From NCBI GenBank assembly GCA_951406725.2, contig OX597824.1, positions 45,756,001-45,820,000 of the forward strand: 64,000 nucleotides of DNA, written 5' to 3'. Position 1 is the first letter of the stretch, and each line of letters begins with the position of its first letter. The DNA comes from Octopus vulgaris. Its lineage: Eukaryota. Position numbers and translations under genes: made by a program. Positions 24,249 to 37,669 of this stretch are shown in pieces. A model generated the notes under the pieces. It ran no database searches and was not told the origin of the DNA. It saw only the letters and a list, made by a program, of their open reading frames with translations.

Positions 24249-24447
24249 ACGAGAAAGAAGCAACAAGAATGGATTAGTTTTTAGTACAATTGTTTCATAC
24301 AAAGACAGGCTTTATTAAAAGTTGCAAATATTGCAGCAGATACGGGACACTTTTATCTGCTGCAATATTTGCAACTTTTAATAAAGCCTGTCTTTGTATG
24401 AAACAATTGTACTAAAAACTAATCCATTCTTGTTGCTTCTTTCTCGT
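24249..24447. repeat. Perfect palindrome, 94-bp arms, 11-nt loop
   Basis: 24249-24342 is the exact reverse complement of 24354-24447; contains GAAACAATTGTA (hammerhead 3' half) at 24400-24411. Confidence 0.95.
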
Positions 24448-24469
24448 ATATATATATATATATATAAGT

Positions 24470-24910
24470 GAAAATCAAAACAAATCAAAATAGATGAACA
24501 TCAATGGAATTTGTATCTTTGTGGTACCAGTGCCGGTGGCACGTGGCACACAAGAAAACCATCCGAACGTGGCCGTAGCCAGTACCGCATCGACTGGCCT
24601 CCGTGCTGTGGGCACGTAACAAACACCATCCGATCGTGGCCGTCTGCCAGCCTCGTCTGGCACCTGTGTCGGTGGCACATAAAAAACACCATCCGAGCGT
24701 GGCCGTTTGCCAGCCTCGTCTGGCACCTGTGTCGGTGGCACATAAAATCACCCACTACACTCTCGGAGTGGTTGGCGTTAGGAAGGGCATCCAGCTGTAG
24801 AAACACTGCCAGATCTGACTGGACTGGTGCAGCTTTCGGGCTCCCCAGACCCCAGTTGAACCGTCCAACCCATGCTAGCATGGAAAGCGGACGTTAAATG
24901 ATGATGATGA
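24470..24910 (+). mobile_element. Young RTE 3' UTR copy with internal ~60-bp tandem units
   Basis: Repeated CACCATCCGA(G/T)CGTGGCCG...GCCAGCCTCGTCTGGCACCTGTGTCGGTGGCACATAAAA; (ATG)n tail. Confidence 0.85.
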
Positions 24911-25091
24911 TATATATATATATATATATATATACAGAGAGAGAGAGAGAGAGCGTGATACAGAGAGAGAGACACACACACACCCATATGCATGTAGACA
25001 CTCACACACACAGCCACACCCCACCCATTCACACACTTTTCACAACTGCCGCATAAACACAAACACTAACACACATGCACTCAGAACCTAC

Positions 25092-25124
<33 letters not shown>

Positions 25125-25372
25125 ACATGCTACCACATGCACATACACACACACACACACAGCCACACCCACCCATTCACACACCTTTCACAATATAAAC
25201 ACAATCACTAACACACACATACACAGATCCTACCACACACACACACACACATACACACACATACTGACCACCTTCACACTCTCCTGTTCCAAAAATCCAC
25301 TTTATCTTCTTTCACTTCCGATCACTTCAGAAATGTAACCACACCTGGGCCGTTGGTGATATTTCTTCTCCC

Positions 25373-25403
25373 TTCTGATGAAGAGCCATGCTAGAAATGT
25401 TAA
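25373..25403 (+). ncRNA. Decayed minimal hammerhead motif (family A-related element ~25270-25525)
   Basis: UU-CUGAUGA-A-GAGC-CAU-GCUA-GAAAUGU-U-AA; downstream tail shared with 12040-12168. Confidence 0.55.
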
Positions 25404-26232
25404 AACCTCTCTCCTTTCACCAAGTATCAAACTAATATCACTTTTGTGCACATTCTCACATTCCTATTTTTATTTTTTTCGTTTTTTATTTGTCTTTTGA
25501 ATTGTTTATTCATTGAATTGACTATACACACACACACAAATATATACCTATACATACACACATACATACATACATACATAGTTACATATAATATATATAC
25601 ACATACATACATACATACGTACATACATAATGCATACATACATACATACACACATACATACATACATACATACATACATACATACATACATACATACATA
25701 CATACATACATTTACCTCTTTCTCACCAGACAGCGGAATGCATGGTTGCTCTTAAATAAAAAGACCTTCCCTGGGTGAAGAATGTACCCCCAGCATAGAC
25801 TAGTCATTAGCAACTTTAGATTTCAGACCAGAAGGATACCAAGAAGCAGACCGATCTGGAAAAGAAGGATTTGGAAGCTTAAGGACCCTTCATATGGTCA
25901 GAGATTTAGGGACGTCCTAATGGAGAAATTTGATGATAGGGTGGAGTGACAAATATGCAAGCAGAGAAAAAAGAGGAAGAAAGAGAAAGACAAGAAGAAA
26001 GAGTGAAGAAAAAGAAAAAGAAAGGGAAAGAAGAGGAGTCGGGAACTAAGTTAAAAGATGTTAATGGCTACAACTGACAATTTTTATCTACTATGGTTAG
26101 ACAAACACAGTTTACGGGGAAGGTGGACACAATTAGAAAGCATGTAGTAGATTGAGATATTAGATAGAGAGAGAACTAAAGGTATTATTGATGGAAGGTA
26201 GAAAGAAAATAAAAAAAATTTTAAAAATACAA

Positions 26233-26280
<48 letters not shown>

Positions 26281-26919
26281 TACACAAACATACACTGAAA
26301 AAAATCCTGATCAAAATAAAACGTAAAATTCAATTTCAAAACTTGTATGGATGTGGAAAAAAATATCCATGGAAATATGTAAAAGATCAAATCATTTAAA
26401 TCAAAGGTAAGAGAAATAATTCCTAAAAAATAAGTAATAAAATAATGAAAAAAAACCCCAGATATATATCACCATCATCATCGTCATCACCATCATCATC
26501 ATCATCATCATTGTTTTTAATGTCCACTTGCATGGATCAGACAGAATTTGTTGAGGCAGATTTTCTATAGCAGGATGCCCTTCCTGTCATGAACACTCAC
26601 CTGCTTCAATGTAAGATAATATTTCTCCATGACCAAACATGCTTTCACAGAAGATTAGAAATGAAGGACATTACTTGCATGATGGTGACACTTGTCTCCG
26701 ACTATCACACTAACTCATGGCAAGGACAAAGTAACACATGCACACACACACACATACTAAATTCTCTCGCAAAAGTTTTGGTTGGCCTAGGGCTGTAGTA
26801 GAAGACAATTACCCAAGGTGCCTCACAGTGGGACTGAACCTGAAACTATGTGGCTAGGAAGCAAACTTCTTACCACAGAGCTAAGCCTACACTTCACAGC
26901 TATGCCTGCACAGCTATAT

Positions 26920-26997
<78 letters not shown>

Positions 26998-27001
26998 TGT
27001 T

Positions 27002-27036
<35 letters not shown>

Positions 27037-30000
27037 GAGAGAGAAAGAAAGTGCCTATGTGTATGTTTATGTGTTTGTTTGTATTTGCATTTCTCTGAAA
27101 AATTGCTCACCTATTGCAGTGACATTTCTGTCATTTCCCCTGTCAAATGGTAATCTTCAAAGATCTGTGAAATTAGATACCCCTAAACTGAAAAACAGGC
27201 AAGGGTTTGTGACAAGAAGGGTAACTGACTGTAAAATATTGCCTCAGTAATATATTTATCCAACCCATGCTAGTATAGGAAAAAATCGATGTAAAACAAA
27301 AGGAGGACAAGGAAGAGGTTCTGCTATTTTATACCTGGGGTACATTTGATTTTTGTAATATATTTTATGTTAGATTCATTCATGTTTAATTTGGGTTTGT
27401 TTGTAATTAATGTGTTGAATGTGTTTATGTATTGTTGTATAATCTTTGTAACTAATAAAAATGGTATAGAAGTACTTCACTTTACTGAGAACTTTTCCAT
27501 TATATGGTGATGCTGCTGTTGCACAGGAGCTTCTAGAATTTCTTCTTTTGCGTTCCAATGAAAAACAATAACAGTAAAACAAAACTAAAGAAAAAATTGG
27601 CACAAACATGAAAAATCAAAAAGGAGAACCTCATCAACAAAACAACAAGCCAGTGAATGAACTTTAGATGTTTACAAATTCAAATACAAATAAATCCAAG
27701 TGTTATAATGAGTATTAATATAAAGTCAACCATACCCAACCCGTATGAATTTGTGGCCTTTCCACCCACTTCTGTTTCTTTTGGTATTGTTAGTCAACAT
27801 TGGAATTTTGTTCAATGGCATATTTATTTCATACGTATGAGAAATAGAGGCCATTGCTCAACCTTTCCTAGTCTCTAGCAGTGAAGGATTGGCTCTATTG
27901 AATTCAAGAAGAAGAAATATAACATCCAGCAATAAAAGTGAACATATGAACATATAACCAACTATTGTTTACTGTACTGAACTGTTTCTCTCATATATCT
28001 TCATTTCATATTCAGTTAGATAGACAAAGTTCAGCAACTGGACTTAATTTTGGGGAAATGTATTTCTCATTGGGTGAAATGTAGTAAATCTGGTGTTAAT
28101 ACATGCATAGACTGTGACAATTATAGATATAATACATGCAAATACATAGTTTTATGTCCCTGAGCCAGATAGATCTAAATTGTTTCATTATTAATGCCCA
28201 AGCATGGCTATAGGTACAAGCATGGCTTTATGGTTAAGAAGTGCACTTTCCAACTATGTGGTTCCAGGTTCAGTTCGACAGTGTGGCATTTTGGGCATGT
28301 GTCTTCTATTGCTCCAAGCTCACCAAAGCCTTGTAAGTAGAATTGGTAGACAGAAGCTAAAAAAAATAGAACATGTGTGTGTTTGTGTGTGCATGCATAC
28401 ATGTGTGTGAGGGAGAGAGAGAGGTGTGAGGGAGAGAAAGAAAAAGACAGACAGACAGACAGAGTAGGTGTGCGTGCATGTTACCTTGTCTTGACATCAT
28501 GTAATTGTTGCAAACAAGTATCACCATCATACAAATTTTATTCATTTCCACGATTCAATGGAAGATATGTCTTGTCATAAGGAAATATTATTTTACTTGG
28601 AAACATGCGATGGTTGGTGATAGTAAAATCATCCATCCATCGAAAAATCTACCTCAATAAATTCTGTCTGTGCCACATAAGTATGGAAAAGTGAACATAA
28701 AAGTGACGATTATGACTTAATATACTGGTGATGAAATGTAACCTGTTGACTCTTGAATCATTGACCCCACAGCTGATGTGTTAAGATTTTGTTATCTTGG
28801 TCAATTGCAGGATGCCATATTAGGAGTGTAGAACATTTACATTTGAGTTCCATTGGTTTTCTCTTTCTTAATCAAACCGTTTCCAAATAAATCATAGTGT
28901 CAACTCAGTTCACCAACTACAGATAAAAGCTGATAAAAATATTTTTTCTATTCAGTTTATGTTCATACTTTTCACATCTGTTGAGTCGCTGCACGTCAAA
29001 CTTTCATTTATTTTTTTTTTTAGATTTATATGTTAATCATATTTTGATAAAATTACATTTATTTCATTGTTTTATCAACTATTTTTTCTCTAATTTTGTT
29101 TTTTGTTACTCTATAGATTATAAATCTATATAAAAAAAATTTAGATTTAAATTTACTTTGAAATTTATGTTTGATTGAGGGAAAAATGGGAAGTAATAAT
29201 TCAGAATAAAATAGAAAAATAGAAAGAATAAAAACATAATATAAAACTAAGTCTCCTGATATATATTGTTCATGAATCAGTAAAATAAAATAAAACAGCA
29301 ATCTTTTGTGTTTTTGATTTTTTTTTGTATAAATGGGAATATTTTGACTTTTATTTTTTGTTTTGTTTCCTTCCTCACTGATCACGTACAACAATGACTT
29401 CTCCCTTGTGTGATGTTAACTGTGTTTTATCTAATGTGTATCTTTTTAACACCAAAGTTAGCTTCCTGTAATAACTGAAGAGAGACATTATGAGACAGTC
29501 ACCACTCACATTTATCTCTTAAATAGCTTACACTTGCCCCTCACTGTTAAATAGCCTTTGTTATGTCATTTCCACTCAAATGAGGTCAAACCACTGTGAA
29601 GTAAAGTGACACAAAAGCAAGAATACACAGTTCCTAGCTCACTCACAAATGTCAATGCAAGCATTAGTTGGGTCAAAGACGACCAAAACATTAAACGTGA
29701 GAAATGCAGTATTTCAGTTATTCACTCTGTATTTAATGCTTGGTATTTGAAATTATCAAGTGATAAATTCTTAAAGCATCAGGTTCTTAAACATGATAAT
29801 GAATTTGTAAAATTTCTTCTATTCAATTGGTTTTTTTTTTGCATTTGTTTTTGTTCTGTCTTTTTTTACTTTCTGTTTTTTTTTTAATCAATTTAGTTTT
29901 GACCTGATTTCAATTATTTTATTTTTTCTCAATTAAAAAAATTGACATTCTGTTTTGAATTTAGTCCAAAGAATAGTGCTTTTGTTTAAAGTTAGGTAAG

Positions 30001-30854
30001 GACATTTGTCCGATGCCTTATTGATATTTCCCAACAGTATTTCACAGTCTACATGCTGGTTGGATGTTTAAACTTTTATTTTGCAGTGTATATAATTATT
30101 TTAAATACCAAGTTGATACAAAACCCACTCTGGCCACAGCTAAAATGTGGAGTGTGTGTGGGTGAGTTCAGAACATATCTGGATAAAATATCAATGACCT
30201 ACATTTAGCTGATTGGTCTCTGCTCCATTTTAAAGTCAGAGATAACCAGAAGCATAGAAATGGAATGTCAAGTCTTTGGATACCCATCTAGCAACAGGAA
30301 GTCATAGAGATAAATACACATGCTCTGCCAGGCTCCCATAGTTTGAAATATAAATATGTTCTATCAGGCTCTCATAGTTTGTAACAGAACTAGTGCATAT
30401 TATAAGCAATGATTTGAACCATGACCATGCAGATCAAGACATGCCTCAACAGCTGTGGGAATAATCCAGGCATATGTTTCATGTAGCTTTCTTAACAGAG
30501 TCAAAGATGGGCTTTCACTGTACGTATAGTCTCATGAGTGCAGCATGAAAGTAGCCAGAGATCCAACAATTTCTGTTGATGAGGTTACAAGAGAAACTTT
30601 TGAAAGGGAAAGGTTACAGATATTTGGCTAAGTTTTAGAATATTACTGTTATTTATTTTATTGATCACTACTATTCTAATGGGATTTTAACTTGGAAAGT
30701 ATACTGACAAAACCAAATATTGTGGTTCGCTGAGTTTAATACATCTTCTGTCTAATATATTTTCTGCTCCACCTTCCCTATGTCAACTTGTAAATTTATA
30801 GACCACACATACACATACATGTGTGCACAAACACACACACATGCACACACACAC

Positions 30855-30910
<56 letters not shown>

Positions 30911-31040
30911 ACACACACACACATGCATGCATGCATGCACACATACACACACACAAATGTTTAAAACAAAGGAAATATCAGAAAATAATTCACTATGAAC
31001 AATGGTTTGTGTATCTACTCTGACTAGAGAAAAAGTGTGT

Positions 31041-31113
<73 letters not shown>

Positions 31114-33079
31114 TATGTATGTGTTCTATGTGTGGGCTGGTGTCAAAGAGAAGCCATCATGATGTATATGTGTGAGAGTATGTTCATATTTGTGGATTAG
31201 TGTAAAAGAGGAATAAATATGTATGTGTATATGTGATTATGTATATGTATATACAAGTTGATTGAAGAATAAACCACCATGTGTAGGTATGAGTATGTAT
31301 ATGTATGTGTGTGATGGTATAAAAATAATTCATTTAAATACTTTAAAATTTGTGCATTTATCAAACCCACAGTAACATAATTAATTTCTTTACATGAGTT
31401 CGACTCTTCTTCCATAAAGTATCAATAAGTAACTGACGAGAGAAGAATCACTACAGAAGTTAGGAAAGAATTACCCACTAATAAAAGAGAAATTCATGAA
31501 GAACTGGAACCAATTTTCCATTACCATATTGGTCTGACATCCTGCTTTTGACAACAGGTTTCACTCTTCAGAAAAGATATAAAACAAAACAAAAAAGAAA
31601 GAAGTAGGTCAACATGAGAAGTTTATAAATACAGATTTAAGATAAGGTTTATTTTAAATTTGACTAGAGAACATTCAAGAACTGTATCCTGTTTACTGAT
31701 TTATTTTGGAGGGGTTTTTTTCCTTTCTTTTTTGATTTTGAGTTACCATTTTTCAATTTTGTTTTCTCATTTTTATTTATCTTGTGGTTTTGGTTTTTTG
31801 TAGAGATAATATGAACACCAGACAAAATATTTACAGTATCTGTTTTGGTTTCTTACATTTCTCAGATCTATATGCATCATAGCTAATGAAATACTTTTAG
31901 TATAAGAATCTAAGTCATTATTTATATTTATATCATGTACTTTGCACTATTTGTAAATATAGCGTGAGAAAAGAAATCCAGCAACTCTTATTAGGTTATT
32001 AGAGCACCACTTAAGAATTTGACATTATAAAGTGTGACAAGAGCAAGACAGTCTTGGAGAGATGATGGCTTGAGTTATAGATTTACAATATTAGTCAAAT
32101 GAGATATTTATATTGGGAATCAAAATCAGGCCAAAGATTTGGTTTGTTGAGGATATATTCTTACCATATTGATTACATCATATTGATTACACTATATTGA
32201 TTACACCATATTTGATTACATAAGAATATCATCGTATCACTTGAACACTTGAGATTTATTTTATAAAACAATGTATAAGTCTATGTTATGATCTTTCTCT
32301 CACTCTGGTTCAGAAATTGGGGTGCATTACTGATTAAAACTAATTATGGGTATAACAAGTACTAGTGATATACTGAGGAACAATTCAGTTACTTATTGTG
32401 CTTCAGTTGATTCCCCAATTTAAGTGCTAATCGCTTTAATTATGAAGTAGGAATTGTACTGTAGTGTTTACATGCCAAAAGGGATAATGCACATGGATAT
32501 GTTAAAGGTCTGTTAAAGTATTCAATAGTAACCCCTAACACATCATTTAGTTTAATATTGCTACCTGGTCCTTGGGTGTTTTTATCAGAAATTCTTCTAC
32601 TGCTAGCATTCAGCTCAGATCACTAGTTCTCTTTCTTTTCATGTTTCTTTATGAAAAAAGAAAAAAAAAAAGAAAAAAAACAGCAAGGGAAGAAGTGGAC
32701 TTAGTATGACTGAATGGTTAAGAAGTTTGGTTCCCAATCATGGGGTCGTAGGTTCAATCTCACTGCATGGTATCTTGGGCAAGTATTTTTTACTGTATAC
32801 TCAGATCAATCCTAGCCTTGTGAAAGGAAGTGGGAAGACAAAAACGGTGTGAAAGCCTATCAGATGGATTCTACTTGTAATTCAAAGGTTTGGCCTTGTC
32901 AGGCATGCAGTGTGCCATGTTAATCCTGCTTGAACATTACATTGAGGTTAAACATGTCTGTGGAAAACTCAGATACTTATAGGCTAATTCAATGAGCAGA
33001 TAGTTCAGTTGACTAAACTACTGATTACCTATCATTGAAACTGGCAGTGATCCATTTATTAACTATTATTAATATTATT

Positions 33080-33292
33080 AAGGTGACAAGCTGGGAAAAT
33101 CATTAGCACACTGAGCAAATTGCTTAGCGGCATTTCATTGGTCTTTACGTTCTGTGTTCAAATTCTTCCAAGGTTTACTTTGCCTTTCATCCTTTCGAAG
33201 TCGATAAAATAAGTACCAGTTGAACACTGGTGTCACTGTAATTGACTAATCCACTGCCCTGAAATTACTGGCCTTGTGCTTAAATTTTAAAC

Positions 33293-33325
<33 letters not shown>

Positions 33326-34200
33326 ATGTTTGGCTTTTATTTTGTATTTGTACAAATTGTCTCCAAGTCTCACCAAGAGATCTCAAGAGGCAACAAGTTA
33401 GAAGTTCAAGTTGGCATTACAACTAGGGTACCATGTTTTTGGTTTTGCACAGAGTATTGTTCTAGAGAGTGTCTGTCAAAACATAAGAAAATTAAAAGTT
33501 TGTTTTAATAGTAATTTGATGATAAGATGATAGTGTGATCTTAAGATGATATTATTATTATTGTAGTTGTTGTTGTTGTTATGAAGGCTACAAGCTGGCA
33601 GAATTGCTAGAACAATGGACAAGATGGTTAGTAGCATTTTGTCCATCTTTACATGTTCAGTTCAAATTCAACCAAGATAGGCTTTGCTTTCCATCCTTAT
33701 GGAGTCAATGAAATAAGTACCAATCAAATACTTGGGTCAACATAATTTACTAGCTCTCTCCTGAAAAATTTCAGGCCTTGTGCCTATAATAGGAAAGATT
33801 ATTATTATCAAAGGTAGAATTGCGAGCATATTGGACAAAAATTTTAGCAGCATTTCTTCCAGCTCTTTATGCACTAAGGTAAAATCCTGCCAAGGTCAAT
33901 TTTACCTTTCATTCTTTTAGGGTTGATAAATAAAGTACTAGTCAAGTATTAGTGTTGATATTATCAACTAACTCCACACCAAAAATGAAACTGCTGGCTT
34001 GTATTATAATAGAAAAAAATTATTATCATGAAGGTGGTGAAGGCAGTGTGCTGGTAGAATCGTTAGCATGCTGGGCACAATGCTTGGCAGTCTGAGTTCA
34101 AATTCCACAGAGATTGGCATTGCCTTTCATCCTTTTGTGGTCAATAAAATAAGTACCAGTTGATCTAATCAGCTGTTCCCCTGTCCACAAATTTCAGGCC
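33080..34200 (+). mobile_element. Four co-oriented S2 SINEs separated by (ATT)n
   Basis: Copies at about 33080-33300, 33585-33800, 33810-34020 and 34040-34200. Confidence 0.8.
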
Positions 34201-34369
34201 TGTAATAGAGGCCGATTTAGAAAGAGGCCTATTTAGAAATAGTGGCCTATTTATTCAAAATATGTTCTAGCAGATTCAAATGTGAATATCTGTTCACTGC
34301 TGTTTTTCGCTATTGGAGAACATCTACCTTTAGATAATATATAATATATAACACACATGACTCATTGGT

Positions 34370-35900
34370 GTAAGGGGACTTTGAGATATTGCTATGACTA
34401 TCATGAACAACAAATAGTGCTCTGAAAAGGCCAATTAAAGTAGAATTGATATATATTAAATAAGAAAGTAGCAATACAGAAAACTAGATTAAAAGGGAGA
34501 TCTAGTTAGAAACTTAGAAGAGGTGTTGAGGAAAGAATCACAACACATGTGCTAATGGCAAAATTAACCCTTGACCAATTCTTCAGTGCAAAGCATGAAA
34601 GCTGCAGTGTTCAAGTAAAGGTGCAAGTTCTAAGACATGAAAAGATGACAGCTGTTTCATGGGATGAAATGGCTGAGATGCAATGAGGCAACAAAACCAC
34701 AATTTGTTCTTTGACAGACCCTGAAGGCAATATGCTTCTCAAACTTCATAAGATGTATATGGTTTTGCAGCAGCACTTCTCTTGGCTGTTCAGGAGAAGT
34801 AGTGAGCTGGGTCACAGAATGAATCTCAGTGTCTACCTTCATAGCTTGCCTCAACTCTTAGCAAGAGAGGTGAAGTGTTGTGGAAGGTCAATAACAACTG
34901 TGGAAATACAGGAAGTGACAGTTGACTGCACAATGGACAAATCACCTAGTTTAGATGGTCTGCTCTACAAGCTTTACTTGCCAGATTTGTTTGGAGACCT
35001 CTTGGTACGTATCTTGGCAGATTTCTTGGCAGTTGTCTACCAGAACTAGCAGCAGAATAGGAGAATCCTTAATTCTGTGAGTTGAAGAGTGGTAGTACTG
35101 CTAAGAAAGGATCCAAACAAGGGAGATCATATCAAATTTTGACCTATGACTTTGCTAGATGTAAATTATAAGATTTTGGCCAAGGTGTTAGCTGAGAGCT
35201 AAACATTTGGAATCTGGAATGTCATCAAGTGCTCACAGCCCTCTACAAGTTGAGCAATGTGGTTAATGTTGGCATTCTACAGAGGGTTGATGGCAGGTAA
35301 AAGCAATGACATTCTTGAAGAAATTCAGATCATTGACAAAAAGCAACTTGCTAGTATGTGGTAGAGGACTTTCAGGTTGAGGCCCAGGGATAAATTCAAG
35401 GTAAGTTCTGACCTGACAGTGATACCAGGGAACATTGCCACTTTGAGATAAATTCTACAAGCATGAAAATGCTTATAGAAGATGTGTGCAAAGTGACAAG
35501 TCTGTTCTGCACATCTGGTCCAGTGCCCAGATATTGCGACCTCATAAAATTATGTTGAATACTTACTGCAACATGTGGGACATATCCTGCTATCAGCTGA
35601 CTTCATTGTGAGTTTCATCCCTTCACCTTCCTTTGGCTGGGAAGGACAGGCAGTGCCTATCTGTTTGGTGGCTTTAGCAAAGACCCTTTCCCCTTTGGCT
35701 AAGTCTTTATCAACTTTCTCAAGTTTTACCTGGAAAAAAAAAAGAAGTAAAGGGGCAGAGAAGGAAGTACTACCACCCAGCAAATTTGTTTGAGTAAATG
35801 AGCCTGCTTTTGGCATACATCTGTGGATTGAAGGAAAACAGGGAAAATGCACTTGCCTTAAAGGTCAGAGTGACCATAACTTGGTGGGACTTCTATAAGT
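34370..35900 (+). mobile_element. Heavily decayed L1/Tx1-group LINE ORF2
   Basis: DKSPSLDGLLYKLY, LLRKDPNKGD, PMTLLDVNYKILAKVLAE, and a C-terminal Cys/His remnant (CVQSDKSVLH...QCPD); many stops. Confidence 0.75.
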
Positions 35901-37669
35901 AGCCCTTGGAGGCTTCCCCACTTTTGAAGAATTATGCTTAAAATTTTTTTGGTACTGTTATTCTCATTTTTACATGCTCTTTTATGTAATCCCACAATGT
36001 ATAATCTTGGACCAGAAAAAAGCAATCATCATCATCATCTTCATCAGTATTTCCTTGCTACTGAAGCGGCTATTATTGAATAATCCTTTCAAATTTTGTT
36101 TGAGAAGACTGATTGCATAAAGATGTTTGACTTAGGGAATGGATCATAGGTTTGGCATCCTGGGTATGTTGCCATGCTCAAGCCTGTTCTGGAATTATCT
36201 TGTACAGTAAAGCCATGCAGAGGATGTCAGTGGAGAGAGATTCTATGTAGTCATTCACCCTGTTCAAACAAGCAACTAAGCACCTTCAACATAAAACTGC
36301 TTTCAAAGAAGTAGCCATGTATTTAAGTCTAAAGTCTTAAGAAAACATTCCAGTAATCACAATGGGAAAGCAGCAGAATACTACCGGAAATGTTAATATT
36401 GTTGTTGTTGTTGCTGTTGTTGTTAGTGTTGTTGTTGTAGTTGGAGCTGTTATGGTTGCTGGTACTACTGTTGTTGGTGTTGTTGTTGCTACTGGAGTTG
36501 TTGTAGCTAGAGCTACTGTTGTGTCTGTTGCTAAAGCTATGTTGTAGCTGCTTTTGTTGGTGGTGGTGTTATTACTGTTTCTATTTTTACTATTATTGTT
36601 GTTACTTCTGCTATTGGTGCTACAGTTGTTAACTGCCACTGATGTTACTGGTGTAGTTGTTGCTGGTGCTACTGTTTTTACTGCGGTTGTTGTTGTTGTT
36701 AGTGGTACTGTTTCTGTTATTGTTACTGTTGTTAAGGCACATGGCTTAGTGGTTAGGTTATTCAGCTCATGATCATAAGGTCACGAGTTTGATTTCTAGT
36801 GGCATGTTGTATCCTTGAGCAAGACATTTTATTTCGTGTTGTTCCAGTCCACTCAGCTAGCAAAAATGAGTAGTACCTGTAATTCAAAGGGCCAGCCTTG
36901 TCACAGTCTGTCATGTTGACTACCCCTGAGAACTATGTTAAGGGTACATGTGTTTGTGGAGTGATTAGCCACTTGCATGTTAATTTCACGAGCAGGCTGT
37001 TCCATTGATTGGAACACTCAATATAACTGATAGAGTGCTAGTTAATGATTGTTGCTGTTACTGTTGTTTAATGATATGTCTGCTCCAATTAAGCAGATTT
37101 ATGGCCAAAAGTGTCCTTTCTGTGAATATCCCATCATTTTTCAGTAATATCCAATGTAGGACTATATTATCCAAAACACCCTTTCTTTAAGATGGATTTA
37201 ACTGCTATTTCTAGCAGCTTCAGGAGAAGGCTTGTAAATATTCCTTTATGGTCTTGTTGCTTTGCTCCAGGCAGCCTAGACTGAGCATACCTATGTCTGA
37301 AGGCTTTCCAGCCATGACCATCATTTATTTTTTATATCTATAACTAGATTTTCAATTTACTTTTTTATTTCTGAAACAATATGGTGTGATTAGAAGGAAT
37401 TTGGTTATTATATGTGTCAGTGGCAGAAACGTTAGCATGCTAGGCAAAATGCTTAGCGGTATTTTGCCTGCCGTTACGTTCTGAGTTCCAATTCCGCTGA
37501 GGTTGACTTTGCCTTTCATCCTTTCGGGGTCGATAAATTAAGTACCAGTTACGCACTGGGGTTGATGTAATCAACTTAATCCATTTTTCTGTCCTTGTTT
37601 GTCCCCTCTGTGTTTAGCCTCTTGTGGATAATAAAGAAATATATTTCATGTGTGAGAATATTGCCTTTT

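Noticed and set aside
27470-27571. Short protein-like frame KYFTLLRTFPLYGDAAVAQELLEFLLLRSNEKQ*
   Set aside because: Weak splice acceptor and no recognisable homology.
28745-28815. Possible pre-miRNA hairpin
   Set aside because: Pairing is short and bulged with a large branched loop; no recognisable mature miRNA.
31429-31476. GTAA-CTGACGA...GAAA...TTAC hammerhead-like spacing
   Set aside because: No stem II pairing and no stem III or UH site.
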